64,000 nt of DNA from contig CM022671.1 in assembly GCA_012295275.1 (NCBI GenBank), positions 31,000,001 to 31,064,000 of the forward strand. The letters run 5' to 3'. A program made the translations under genes and the position numbers. The stretch comes from Chrysomallon squamiferum. Its lineage: Eukaryota; Animalia; Mollusca. Under the pieces are notes generated by a model that ran no database searches, had not been told where the DNA came from, and saw nothing but the letters and a program-made list of their open reading frames with translations. Shown here one piece after another: positions 1 to 14,159 of this stretch; the first letter of the stretch is position 1, and each line of letters starts with the position of its first letter.

Positions 1-415
1 AAACTAAAATTAAAATTGAAGTATTTGCTACACATTAATTTTTTTATCATCTTTTCTTCTCTTCCTTCCTTTTCTTTTCTCTTCCTTTTCTTTCTTTTTC
101 TTATTTTATTTAAATTTTATTTAAAAAAAAATTAAAAAATTATTTAATAAAATTCACCATATTGATTTCTGTACATTTTTTTTTTTATGAATTTTTAGAC
201 CTAGACTCAGACCCGGTTTTATCTTTCAACAGCTATCTGACTCTGTCGGCATCTTCAATAAAGACTGCAAAAATGAGAATTAATGTTCTTGTTGAGTGTG
301 CATTTTAATTTATTTTTTTTTTTTTTTTTTTTTTATTGGTTTGTTTCTTGGTTTATTTTATAGAACTTTAGGATGCATTTATTAATTGCTTTAAAAAACA
401 TTTTCCATGGATTAT

Positions 416-468
<53 letters not shown>

Positions 469-705
469 TCACCCATGGAAAATGTTGCAATATATATATA
501 TGCACGTACGTATGTATGTGTGTAATTTATTTCTTCCATGGATACTTTTGACATGGTATCAAACGATTTGTTAAAAGCACTTTAGATAATAAATATTCAA
601 CGAAGTAATTCAGAATGTACGCACAACTGTCGCAATAAAATGTAATTGGTATTAATTCATGTAATAGAATATCAAGTACATTGTCCTGCAACGAAATGTC
701 CTTTG

Positions 706-755
<50 letters not shown>

Positions 756-792
756 ATACATACATACATACATACATACATACATACATACA

Positions 793-823
<31 letters not shown>

Positions 824-829
824 TTTTAT

Positions 830-970
830 ATCAATCGGCAGCAGAAAACCCCGCGAACTGTTAAACTCGGTCAAATTTGTACAGACTAGTTTTAGCAGAC
901 GATTATAAAAGTGCGAGTTATCTCCCTCTAAGCATTTGGCGCAAACAAAATCATTACTCATTGGGCGCAG
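830..970. promoter_or_regulatory. Putative promoter-like CpG-richer patch (E2F-like site plus CCAAT)
   Basis: TTTGGCGC at 935-942, ATTGG at 960-964 and GAGTTATCTCCCT at 915-927. Local CpG enrichment against a very AT-rich background. Confidence 0.3.
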
Positions 971-2328
971 TAGTAAAACAACATATTAATAAAAATATAA
1001 ATAAAGAAAGAAAGAAAATGTCAATCTGGTCATTTGCATAGGTCTGTTTATTTTAAAAAGAAAACAATTAACATGCTAAAATTTGCAACTCAAGTTTTTA
1101 TTATCATTAAGAAACATTCTCAAACACAATTTTTCTAATTTCATTTTGATTTAGGTTTCATGCTGGATTTTTAAATTTATTTTAATTCTTTCTTCAAAAT
1201 GCTTACACAACCTTTGACAAATAAATTATATTTACTTTGCCAGGCAATGCTGCCAACAAATGCCAATTAAAGAATTAAAATTTTAATGCATCTATGGATT
1301 GTTCCAAAAATTACCATAACCTCCCAGAAGAGAAATTCATATTAAAATTTTAAAAAATATTTATTAATCAATTATATAATTTCTATCAGTTCTCTGGCAA
1401 ATCATCTTCAAATCCCTGTATTATTTTATTACATTATTATTCTTTTTTTTTTTTTATTATTTTTTTTTTAAATATCCTTTTCTGGAAATTCAAACCTTAT
1501 ACCACTAAGCAGAAAAGCCCCCAAATGAACCCTTTGGTAAAAACATTCACTGAGTGAAACTTTAATTCACTCAGATTTTCAACAAGACTCCATCCCTAAC
1601 TTTATGATAATTTATGGAACTGTTCATATGAATTAATTACATTTAACAACATATAATCATGACAATAAATGTAGTTATGTTAAAGCTAAACTTGGTATCT
1701 ACATGGCACTAAAACATACTTGCTGGTTTAGACTGAGGTTTCTTGGATATTTTAGGGGTTATTTATTTAAATTATTTGTTAATTATCTTTCAATTACTTT
1801 TTTCTGAAACAATAAATTTAAAATAATAAAATATAAAATATAAACCGGATTCAAACGGAAGATTCTTTCAGCAGATTAATGAATATAATAATTAATAATA
1901 ACATCATGCAAAAGACAATTTACAATGCGAAAATAAGAAAACAGAGAAAGAAAAAGCTATCTACGAATGGAATGTTTGTGAAATTGAAATAAATAAAATT
2001 AACTGATAATAATAAAAAATAAAAATAATAATAATAATAATTATTTTTACGATGATAATAAAAGCAATAATTAACTTATTAAAAACTAATAATAATAAAT
2101 ACATCAGTAAAAATTTTTGCTAAGAAGGTGAAATAATGAATGGCATCACACACAGCAAAACGAAATGAAAACCACTATGAGATCCAAACAAGCAGTGGAT
2201 ATCTGACCAGCAGAACACAGGGGGAGGGTAGGTGGCCACAGGGCTAGGAAACAAATTTTTAAAAAAAAAAAAAAAAAAAAAAGAACAGTTATTGTTTTGG
2301 GGTTTTTTTTTTTCGATGGATTTCATTG

Positions 2329-2457
2329 TCAGTATGCATAGAGTTTTGTCTGGATAATATCCTTGTCTGGACATTCTCGGGTTTTGTTGAAGTAGTAGAA
2401 GCATCCGTCCCTCCTGATCAGCTTCTTTACAAATCCATTGTGGGGCCATCGGTCCAC
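2329..2457 (-). CDS. MEIG1: MEIG1 homolog, coding exon 2 of 2 ([42 protein letters not shown]); total protein 94 aa
   Basis: Acceptor TTTTCAG| at 2458, phase 0, TGA at 2331-2329. Matches the recalled MEIG1 C-terminus (VDRWP..G.VKKL.RRD..FYY.NK.REC.DK.....K.YAY). This frame is absent from the ORF track because it has no start codon. Confidence 0.95.
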   Translation of the reverse strand: MDRWPHNGFVKKLIRRDGCFYYFNKTRECPDKDIIQTKLYAY

Positions 2458-2569
2458 CTGAAAATTAATAATCATCATCACAACCATCACAATCATCACA
2501 ATCCTAATGACAGTAATATAATAATAACAACTGAGATAACGATATTATTGATATTATTGATATTATTGA

Positions 2570-2621
<52 letters not shown>

Positions 2622-3547
2622 GTCATCGTCATCATTTAGTTTTGGTTCTAATTCACCGTGTCTGTTTTCATGAAAAAATAAAATAAAAATATTTTAAAAC
2701 TGAATATGGAAATGAACTAAAATTGACACTGCAGAAGAATTTTCTCATTTAGAGAAAGAAAAAAATTAAACAAAAAAAACCCCCACATAAACACTCAGCC
2801 CTAATAAATTGAAATAGAATTAAATAATTCTCTCATTCAAGACAGCTTAACAGAATATCAAACAATAACAAGAATGACAGCATTAATCTAAGGTAAACAG
2901 TAATTAATTTTCCACAATGATTTTAATAATGACCTCGTTAATTAACAGAAAGACTGTAGCAGTTAAATAGGTGTCATAAGCAATATCTGTTCCTCAATAC
3001 ATTATTAATTAATTTGTATTTTTTCACGTAATGATCTGTTCAACATGGAAGCTCATACTAATTAACTAACAGTTAAACTAATACAGTTTAGGCGTTTCTT
3101 TGTTTGATTTGGGTTTGTTTTGTTAGGCTATTTTTTTTTACACTTTTTTTTTCATGTAACTACTGATAATTTCAACAACAGGCAAACCATGAAATTAATT
3201 TAGTAACATCATACTGAGCTATGGATGTAACAAGTGGTAGCTTAACAAAATATAATGATTAAATGAGAAGCTTGTGACTTCTGTTTATTTGTGGTATTGT
3301 TTGATAACTTGTCAACACACATACATATAAACTTCCATTCATCCACAAACAAGAAGTTGCCATATCATACATTATTATTAACAAAGAGCGGTTCGAAGCT
3401 AAAAAATAAATAAATAAATAAATAAATAAAACATTTAAAGAAAACTTTACTTGGAACATTTTACATGTACAGGTTACCATAAGCCTAAAACGTTAAACTT
3501 TTTAAAATATTTATTTAGTTCAAATATCGTTCACTTATTTTGTTCAC

Positions 3548-3703
3548 CTGGTCTGTTTTCTGAACCATTTTGTATTCCACTTCATCTCTGTAGCCAGCGA
3601 GTTGAAATCTGTAGGCTTCTTCGACCTGTTCACTCCAAGTGGTGGGCCGAGTCATCGACTTTGGATTAACAATCTGACGAGATGATACAGCAAGTTGACT
3701 CAT
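3548..3703 (-). CDS. MEIG1: Meiosis expressed gene 1 protein homolog, coding exon 1 of 2 (52 codons, MSQLAV...KTDQ)
   Basis: Translation contains PKSMTRPTTWSEQVEEAYRFQLAGYRDEVEY, matching the recalled MEIG1 motif WSxExExxYRFQxAGYRDExEY. The ATG at 3703 follows a pyrimidine tract and TAGCAG acceptor (about 3710-3715). Donor CAG|GTGAAC follows 3548, phase 0. Confidence 0.95.
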
Positions 3704-4488
3704 GTTTCTCTGCTACATGAAAAAATAAAAATGCATCAGACATATATATATATATATATATATATAATTATACTCACAGTATGTAAATCAGGGGGTATGA
3801 CAAGCTTTTGTGAAATATAAAAACAAAAATGTAAGTGAGATATATCTAAAACAGATGTATTTGGTATTTGATCCTGGAGATAGTGTACAAATGATAAAAA
3901 TGAAAATGTAAAAGATATATATATATATATTTTTTTGTGTGTGTGTTTTACATTTTCATTTTATATATATATATACACACAATCAGTAAATTCTGTTTTG
4001 GAACCTGGAGGTATGATGTAGTGAAATATTGTTGTACAGATATTAAAAAACAAAACTAAAATGTAAGACTCTTTGAGACCTGGAGGTTTAATGTCATTTT
4101 TGTACAGTTTATAAAAATATAGTAATAAACAGATTTTATTAATTTTGAAATATAATATTTTTCTATAGTGATGACAGAATAAAAATGTAAGTGCCTCATA
4201 CATACAACATAATTATATAGACTGGGCTGGAGGGCCATATGACATAAAACATTGTTTCACTGTATGACATAAAAGATTATTAACAAGTAAAGTGAGTTTA
4301 GAAGCTCATTGTGTTGAAGAGTAATCGAGATGATGAAAACAAAACAGATTTTATATATTTTCAGTATTGACATATGTTTATAATAAATATGAAAAACTAA
4401 AGCCACTGGCTTCAATTATAGATTTCCTCTTCATAACAGGGAATGCATTATCATGTTGCCCTTAACATGTAGAACATAGATAAGTTAC

Positions 4489-4564
<76 letters not shown>

Positions 4565-4869
4565 AAGAAGAAGAAGAAGAAGAAGAATCTACATCTATAC
4601 ACTTTGATAAAGAAAAGGGAAGCATATTACAAGAATAACAATGGCTTTTTTGTCATTTATATAAATAAAATTATCAAAACGTCTTTATCCAGTGTAGCCA
4701 TTAAGAAAAATAATACTAATTTAAAACAGCATGCTATACTTTTAAACGATATTTGTTACTGGTGAGGTAATTTGAAAATAACATTATTTCTGACTTCTCA
4801 TTCTTTTTTTAATTATTACTAAATTAGGTATACAACGGAAACACACATAAACTCGATGCAATTACTTAC

Positions 4870-5102
4870 CACCGACAGCGAACATATTGTATTTTTAAAA
4901 GGTATCAGATAGTGAATTGATCAACGAACCTGATAGATAATAAATCATCTTACCTCTAAAACTGTTTCCGTTTCTATGAAACTGCGTTATCAAAATGATT
5001 TTTAATTCTAATTACAAAATCTGTTGACGGTTTGTTTTGCTTGTTGCTGGCTACAATTAATTTCTATTTTGTGATTGGTTAATACTTCAGGGGAAGTAAC
5101 TC
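4870..5102 (-). promoter_or_regulatory. Probable MEIG1 promoter and non-coding first exon
   Basis: Strong minus-strand donors AG|GTAAGA (exon end 4954) and TG|GTAAGT (exon end 4870). RFX X-box-like GTTTCTATGAAAC (4970-4982) and GTTGCTGGCTAC (5043-5054). CCAAT box (ATTGG 5074-5078). The first coding exon has an acceptor just before the ATG, implying an upstream UTR exon. Confidence 0.5.
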
Positions 5103-5470
5103 TATAGCGAAGCTAACGGTGATTCAAATTTACGATATTAATATAAAAATAATTAGTTTCTTCTGATGTACAGTCAAATGTCACGCTAATTTAATATTTA
5201 CGACGTTTAGTGATTTTAATATAGAAATATTATGTTTTGTTTCTTAGAATAATAATACTAAAATCAGTATTTATTAGACCTGCACGTTGGTATAAAAATC
5301 AATAAATAAAATAAAATAAAATAATAAAATAATATAAAAATAAAATAAAATAAAATAAAATAAAATAATTTTCGCACGCTTATGGTAATTTTAATTGTTA
5401 ATAGTAACAGAATCGAAAATAAACACAACAACAAGATTTATTTAATTTTAAAATAATAATAATAATAATG

Positions 5471-5530
<60 letters not shown>

Positions 5531-6189
5531 CAGCAATGCTACCCTTTCTTTCCCGTTATACAGAAATATACATGATTATGTATTTTGCTTGTATACAGCC
5601 GCAGAAAATAATCGTTTATAATGTGCATTCTCACTGACAGGAAACCTTTCTACGGCTGTCTATATTACCTTTGGTTGGGAAGTAATTGGAACGAGAAAAA
5701 CGGGGAACATCAGGCCTCAGGCTATCGATACAGTAACCACTAAGCGACTCTTTCGACTCTCTGTTTACCGACACACACACCACCTCTCTGTTTGTCCAGA
5801 TGCGACGCGTAACGAGAAAAACACACGTACACATGCACGTGTACATATGTAAGTGTCAGGGTAAAGAGACGGGGCTAAGGTTTCGGGTGTCGGATTTCGT
5901 CTGTTTGTTTAATTTTTGCCAGAACGTATCAGGTTCACGTGATTCTGTCTTTTTGTCGTAAAAGATGGTCCGGGTCGTGGGAAAGTCTGGAGAAATACTG
6001 ACACAGCAAGATGTACGCTTAGAGTGGTCACGTGATTGTGATAAAAAAAAAAAAAAAATGATGATCCAATCAGAGACGTCTTGGTTTAATCTTGAAAGAT
6101 AAATAAACAACGTTACCAGGAGAAAAGGTCCCCGCATGAAGTTAAATCTTTTTTCGAGATGTCTTCTACCGTGAAATGCATTTGCTTTG

Positions 6190-6283
6190 TGTAACGTCCT
6201 GCTCTAAATAACCGTAAATAAAATGTGTCAAGTCTTTAACTAAAAACACTTCCTTCCTTCATTCCTTCCTTCCTTCCTTCCTT
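6190..6283 (+). mobile_element. SINE-like 3' end with (TTCC)n tail
   Basis: ATAACCGTAAATAAAATGTGT...TAAAAACACTTCCTTCC followed by a TTCC tail. Resembles from memory the 3' end of a common mollusc SINE; not database-verified. Confidence 0.45.
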
Positions 6284-6748
6284 ATTATTATTGTTGTTGT
6301 TACTATTATTATTATTGTTATTATGGTTGTTATTATTATTGTTGTTGTTGTTGTTGCTGTTTTATTTATTTAAATTATTTCTTTTATTTATTTCTTGTTG
6401 TTTTTGTTTTTGTTAGTGTTTTTGTTGTTGTTGTTGTTGTTGTTGTTGTTATTATTATTATTATTATTATTATATATTTCATTATCACAGAGAAGTATTA
6501 TTTAACTCCATAAAGCTTATTACGTCGTAAAACTTGTTTACCAGTAGTTTTTTTTATTGAGCTTGTATTTGGTTATTTCCCCTTCATCCACACGACATCA
6601 GAAAGATTAACAGAACTGTGCAAACAGCCCATGTTTGTCTCCACATCCAACTGACGGCCCGTAACGACAAACAATTATTTTCTCTTTTCTTTATTTTATT
6701 TTATTTTTTTATAACCTGTGTATCGATTTGTAAAATTAGTAAGATTCC

Positions 6749-6794
<46 letters not shown>

Positions 6795-7602
6795 ATAATA
6801 ATAATAAAATAATATATAAAAAAAATGTGGTATGTAAATCTTCACCTGATTGGCTGAAATATTAGCAGAGTCGATTTTATTGTCTAATCATTATTTGTTT
6901 TACACTTAAAGATCAGGGACGACAAATCTTTATAATTCGTTAAGGATAGTACTAATTGTTCCAACATGGACATAAGAAAACAAACAAATCGAAACTGGGT
7001 TTTAGTTTACTTTTCGACATTTGTCAATATCTGACGGATTAAATGTTTCTACCTATTCACCAAGTAAAAGCAGTAAATGAAAGCCCGATATAATGTTAAT
7101 TTATTCAGAATATGGCGTCATCATTCTAGTTACCATAACAAAGATATATATATATATATATGTATGTGTGTGTCCATGTTTGCATATATGCGTATACATA
7201 TATGCGTGTGGTCGTAATAGATATTTCCCTGAAGCAGCATGAAATAACTGAGGTTATTTTTTATTACATTATTATTAAATGTATTTATTTATTTACTTAT
7301 TTACTTTTATTTTTTATTTCTCCCGTGTCATGTAATGAAAACTATTTGAACTAACCTAGAGAAGTGGAATTACAAGATAAAACTGCGACATGGAATTCGG
7401 AAAATCTTTCCTTTGAAAAACACAAGAATGAATCTAGGTTAAAAGAGCTGAAAGTGACGCTGACGTTGTTTGATGTGGTTCCTGGTGTGATCGAGTGACT
7501 GTTACTAACAGAGGCAGGTCACTTGATCATTCAGTCTTATCAGGTCTTTCCAGAAGGCAAATTTCTCGTTTGTTTTATACGCAACAATAATGGCATAATA
7601 GA

Positions 7603-7668
<66 letters not shown>

Positions 7669-9947
7669 CTGCGGGTTGGGCGTTTGTGTGTGTTTTTGGG
7701 GTATGTGCGTGAGTGTCGGAATGATTAAATGAACTGGTGACATTATTTTTAGTTAACGTCAGGCTATCATGAAGTTCTGCCAAATCATACAGTTTCGAAA
7801 TACAGAAAGCGTTTTTCATAGCAAACAAATGGAAAATAACTACTGACTAATAAATCAAAAATTATTATTCGGCAATAACCAGATCACATTTGTGATTAAT
7901 CAAACGCGGGTCGCTGGTGCTGGATGACACGTCATCACGTGACCCGCGTTTTCAAGTGTTCCCGCAGAAGCAGCCGATGATGAGATTTTCAGAAAGAGAT
8001 TTGGAGATGGGTTTTGGTTACACGATTATCAGCTAAACTTGACACGTTGCAGATACAGAGGCAAGACGATGTAATCAACAAACATAAATATTATTTGTTT
8101 GGACATCGAGATAAGCCACCAGAAAATGACATTAATAATCTTCTTGCGTTCCGCGCTTTAACGTATGAAATACTTACATATAGATACATACACAAACACG
8201 TATACATATCTACATACATACATAATACATATAACACATATATATAATACATACATACATACATATAAACATACATGCCTACATACATACATAGAAACAT
8301 ACATGCATACATAAATGCATCACATATATAAATTTACATATATACATATATATGTAAGGACCAATCTGTTTGCCTGCCTATATTTTAGATAATATTTTTA
8401 TTTTGACATATGTCAAAGTGAGGCCAGTACTGTTTTTAAAACCTGATCTTTTTTGTTTTAATTTTTAAAAAGAGTAAGCAAACACTTCAAAAAAAAAAAA
8501 AAAAAAAAAAACGACATCGAAAAATGATTTCGCATTTTTCTGGGATTATGACGTTTAGAGAAAATGTTAATACTCTATGCATTTTAATGCGTAAAATATT
8601 GTTACTTGTCTCGCCCCAAAAATATATTATTTTATATTTTAGAAAGTTTGGAGAGAAATCGTGTTTTCTCTTTGTGTTTAATAAAATAAGCAGGAAATAG
8701 TTGTTTATCAATATGAAACGATGCCACCCATTTTGCTGAAGGCTACGTTAAAACTGTGTTTCTTTTTTTTTTTTTTTTTTTTCTTTTATATTATTATTTT
8801 AATTATATATATTTATATTTATATAGTTTAAGGACAGCTGGTGTAGTGCTTAACATTTTATTTTATTTATTTTATTTTAATCACGTAATAAAATGAACGT
8901 TAAGTAATAATAAAACCCATATGTCCCGAAGACTAGTCTATTTTCTTTTAATTCTGAAAACGAGTTTAATCCATTTTTTTTTCTGCTTCTTCTTTCTTTC
9001 TCTCTTTCTCTTTCCTTTTTCTTTCGTAATATTTCAAATTTTATTCTTGTTTTAAAACTTTTTCTCAAGGTCTCGCCAATACTTTCAATAAAGAGGCCCA
9101 CTTCTGAAGAAAAAAAAAAAAAAAAAAAAAAAAAATAGAAACATAAACACGGTCCAGATGGAAGCAGCTGGATGTAAACGCTGAACAGAAATCAGAAAAT
9201 GGAAGCAAACGTCGCTTACTGTATTCACCAGCGTTGAAACGAAGCGCGTGTCTCGCCAGTGTCACTTCGCTCTTTCTATCACCAAGAAGCTTGCCGTCTG
9301 CTTCGTAAATGCGAGCAAATCACTGCGGCGGGAAGTTATTTAAACGATGGACGTAGGGTATTCTTTTTTAAGTAAAATGGAGCAGATTAGCTGATTTTGT
9401 TAGAAAACTGACTCAGACGATACAAGCATCAATTTCTAATATAAATTTGCTTCTTGTTTGTTTTTTTTGTTTTTATTATCAAACAGAACAAAACGAAAAG
9501 TTAAAAGGAAAAAAATGTTCTGCTTGCTTTTGTCGAGATTTTCATTTTCTTTTGCCCGAATTTAGGTAGTTGTTTCTTTGATGATGATGATGATGACAGT
9601 AATAATAATGAGAAGAAGAAGAAGAAGAACTACTGCCACTACTACTATTCCTTCTAAAAGAAGACCGCAACAGCAACAACAACAGCAGCTACAAACAACA
9701 ACAACAACAGTAATAATAATGATAAGAAGAAGAAGCTACATTTGTTCATACAATTGTAATGACGTCATTCAGTTCGAAACATTACGTGTTTACTTTTTTT
9801 TTTTTTTTTTTTCTTTTTCTTTTAATAATTGGTAACAATTTACGACCTTTTGAAAGAAAAACGGAGACAGGTTGTTTTTATATTTATTTGCTTTCTCTTT
9901 CTTTCTTTCTTTCGTTCTTCTTCTTTGTCTTCTTCTTCTTCTTCTTC

Positions 9948-9993
<46 letters not shown>

Positions 9994-10132
9994 GTCAGAA
10001 TCAGTGAATACACTTATTCAAACAAAACCGTATAATACAAAGAATAAAAACACACACACACACACACATTTTTACTACTGCTTCTGTTATTACCACGACT
10101 ACTACTATTACTTCACAACAACAACAACAACA

Positions 10133-10163
<31 letters not shown>

Positions 10164-10570
10164 ATACTAATACTAATACTAATACTACTATTAATAATAA
10201 TAAATAATAAACTCATTTTGTTTCTCTCACATAAAATTATTTAACCATTTTTTATTCTAGATCTAATTCTTACTTTATTAATAAAAATAATAATTATTAT
10301 TATTTTATATATAAAATTTTGAATATCGATAAAAAAGAAGAGAGAGGAAGAAAAATAATCAAATAATAAATAAATAAATAAATAAATAATATGAAGAAGA
10401 AACAAGAAACCCATATCAAAAAAAAAAAAAAAAAAAAAAAAAAGCCCAGCAACATCCGCACAGCCTAAGCTAATTATTTCGTCATCATCCTTAATTTCGT
10501 TTAATGTATAAAACCTCAAACCGGAAATAATAATAATAATAATAATAAATTAATTAATTAATTAAAAAAG

Positions 10571-10603
<33 letters not shown>

Positions 10604-10651
10604 GCACACGGTTTTTAAATTAATAAATTATTAACATTACTACCGAAACTG

Positions 10652-10694
<43 letters not shown>

Positions 10695-10821
10695 TTTACA
10701 GACGTATTCTTGCTGTCCTAAGCCGGGGCAATCTGTTTAGTAAACCTGTCTGCTAATATTGTATCTAATTACACAGAAAATGTGAATATGGCGAGCAGAT
10801 AAGAGGACCGACTCGTTATCG

Positions 10822-10860
<39 letters not shown>

Positions 10861-11263
10861 TAGAAGTGTCAGAAACGTTAAGAGATAAAGAAGCAGAGAC
10901 TACAACACACTGATTAACATTTTCAGAATTGGCTGGTCACGGTCGATCAGAGTCAAACCATTCTGACGTCGACCAAACCCAATTACACGATGTTCTTACC
11001 CGTGTCTGGAAGGTTTTTGTTTTTAAAAAATGTTTTTTTTAAATTTAAGATTTTAATGCGTTTCGTAGACAAAGCTGTGATGAAGAATGTCATGCAGAAG
11101 GCTTGTTATTTGACTTAAGATTGTGTTTTATTAAAACAGTAAAGTGAATAAGTAAATAAGTAAGTAAGTAAGTAAATTAATAAGTAAATAAATACAAACA
11201 AATAGATAAAATAAGTATATATATATATATAAAATAGTAATAAAATAAGTAAATAAGTAAATA

Positions 11264-11295
<32 letters not shown>

Positions 11296-11717
11296 GGAAA
11301 TAAGTAAGTAAATAAATAAATAAAACAAAATGAAAACAACCAATATTTTAAAAATCTGTCTTAGGCTGGCTAACTGAACTGTTTTTTTCTCATGAACATA
11401 CAGTTATTTTCACTAAACAATTTCAATCACATTAATTATATTTCTACTGGTATAAACCTGCAGTAGCCATACTGGTGTCTTGTTTGATTGTTAAGATGCT
11501 GTCATGTTACGGTCAGTCAACTTTTTTTAAAACTAGTTTACGTCTGTTCTAATACAAACTCCCACGACAGCGTCCGTGCAGGTGTCTTGGACAGACTTTG
11601 TGTTCTGGTAGATGTCACAGTAGGTGTTGCAGCAAGGTCTTGTCATAGCCACACCAGTCTACGATAAACAGGCTGCCATAAAGGTCAGAGGCTTATTTTT
11701 ATTATAAAAGTCTAAAA

Positions 11718-11808
<91 letters not shown>

Positions 11809-12090
11809 ACTTACTCTTGTGCGTGTTTAAAGAATCTTTACAAAAATACTTCTAACAATAAAATATGGCCATGACACCAGTCTGTCACAATTGATCAGTT
11901 AGACAACAGCTAACTTCTAAAACTAATTTCACTTCTCTCCTTTCTGACTGGAGACGTTGAAAACTTAATACACTTAAAGACAACTTCAATAACTTTGACA
12001 AGAAATCTTGTAGCCATAAACACTGGTTTTGAGATATCGTTCTAGATAGTTTGAAAATAAATTTTAAATCGTGGAGCCCAGTATTTACTG

Positions 12091-12224
<134 letters not shown>

Positions 12225-12237
12225 TTACCCATGCCTG

Positions 12238-12314
<77 letters not shown>

Positions 12315-13229
12315 ACACTAAACAGTTACAACAAACTACAACCACGAAAAAAAAAGAAAAAAGACAAGACTACAAATATCTCTGTTTACGTTTCAGGCGG
12401 TGCAGCGCATACGGCGTCCCTCGCGAATCGAAAGCAGCAGGGAAGGGAAGGCTGACGTCGCGAAGTCAAAAGCATGAAATTGAGGAAGCAGAAAAAGTCG
12501 ACGTTAGGGCGAGGGATTGGGTTACCCGAGCGTCCGTTATTTGAATTAACTTTTACTTTGCGTTTAGATGAGGTCATTTAACTGTTGACACGTTTACAGA
12601 GAGCTTGTCATTCAAAATATTGATAGCCAGAACTCGACAAATCGAGAGAGAATAATTATTATTATTATTATTATTATTATTGTTATTTTCGTCGCTGTTT
12701 TGTTGAAGTCGTAATGGGAATTTTCAAAGGATTTATTCTGTGTTCTGCGTTGGGACAAATACTTGTTGGCTGCTGGTGACAGAAAGAAAGAAGAAGAAGA
12801 AAAAAAATAAGAAGAAAGAAACGTGAGTAGATCAGTTTCTTAAATGTGGGCTTTTTCACTTTGAAATATACATGCTCACTTGTAATATATTTATATATGT
12901 TTGGACAGGAAAACTAAAACGACATAAAAAAAAATATATTCATTAGATAGTTAGTTAGTGATACAATGATATGAATAATAATTATGCTTAAATTATCATT
13001 TCTTTTTCTGTTTTGCTTTTATAATTTGTTGAAGAAAACATATTTTAAATATCAAAATTAGGGATAATGATAGATATACATTCATGCGCGCGCGCACACA
13101 TGCACGCACACACACGTACACAGTGACTCACACAAGTATACATATACATATAAAAAAAAAGTAAAAAAAATAAAAATAAAAATAAAAATAAAATAAAATA
13201 AAATAAAATAAAATAAAATAAAATAATAA

Positions 13230-13261
<32 letters not shown>

Positions 13262-14044
13262 TAAATAAACAGATGAATCCCAGTGACGCATTTAATGATT
13301 TGTGTTTAAGTATTTATTGTCGGGCTAATTGAAGTACGTTGAAATAAAACACAAATTAAAACTCTACTTGTTTTCAACACACACATTGTTCTGACAGGCA
13401 AATCAATGGTCACTGTGTGGTAAAGACCTCAGTGTGTATTTTCATTTGTTCAATCAATAGAGTTTATTATTATATACAGAGCCTCATTTGTACAACAGAG
13501 GAAAAATTTCCAGGCGTGTTTTTCTATCAATACCTGTAAGTAATATGTTCATTTTAAAGATAACGATTTTATAATTATTTTTTTTTTTTTTACAGTATCT
13601 ACTCAAATCTGATGGAGCAATTTTTTTTTTTTTTTTTTTTTACTCTTTCCAAGCACATGTGTTTTTAAATTTTGCGTATAAAAATCTATTACATTAATTT
13701 AGTGGTGTGAAAAAAAAAAAAAAAAAAGTATCCTGTGGCTCTGGCGAAAGGTTTCTTCTTTCACATGCATGTATTGTTTGACATTTTGCTGAGACTATTT
13801 AAAGTATTATATAAATTTACGTGCGATAAAAAAAATTGCATTTATCCATTAACATATAGATTCACTAAGGTGGATTAAGTATACATTTACAATGTAAGTG
13901 TGTGGCTCAGTGAGGTTTTGGGAGGGTCAGTGTCTTTCTATATATATATATATACATATATTTATATATATCTATGAGTATATGCGTGTGTGTATATATT
14001 TCTCAATATTCAGTATGATTATCCATGAGTGAGTGTGTGTTTGT

Positions 14045-14102
<58 letters not shown>

Positions 14103-14159
14103 AGATACTTTGTATTTTATTTATCTCGATGTATCAAATTGATTTGTTTTCACCGGTTT

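Noticed and set aside
527-690. Possible minus-strand coding exon after the TTGCAG acceptor
   Set aside because: No recognisable protein and an AT-rich, non-coding-like composition; at most UTR sequence.
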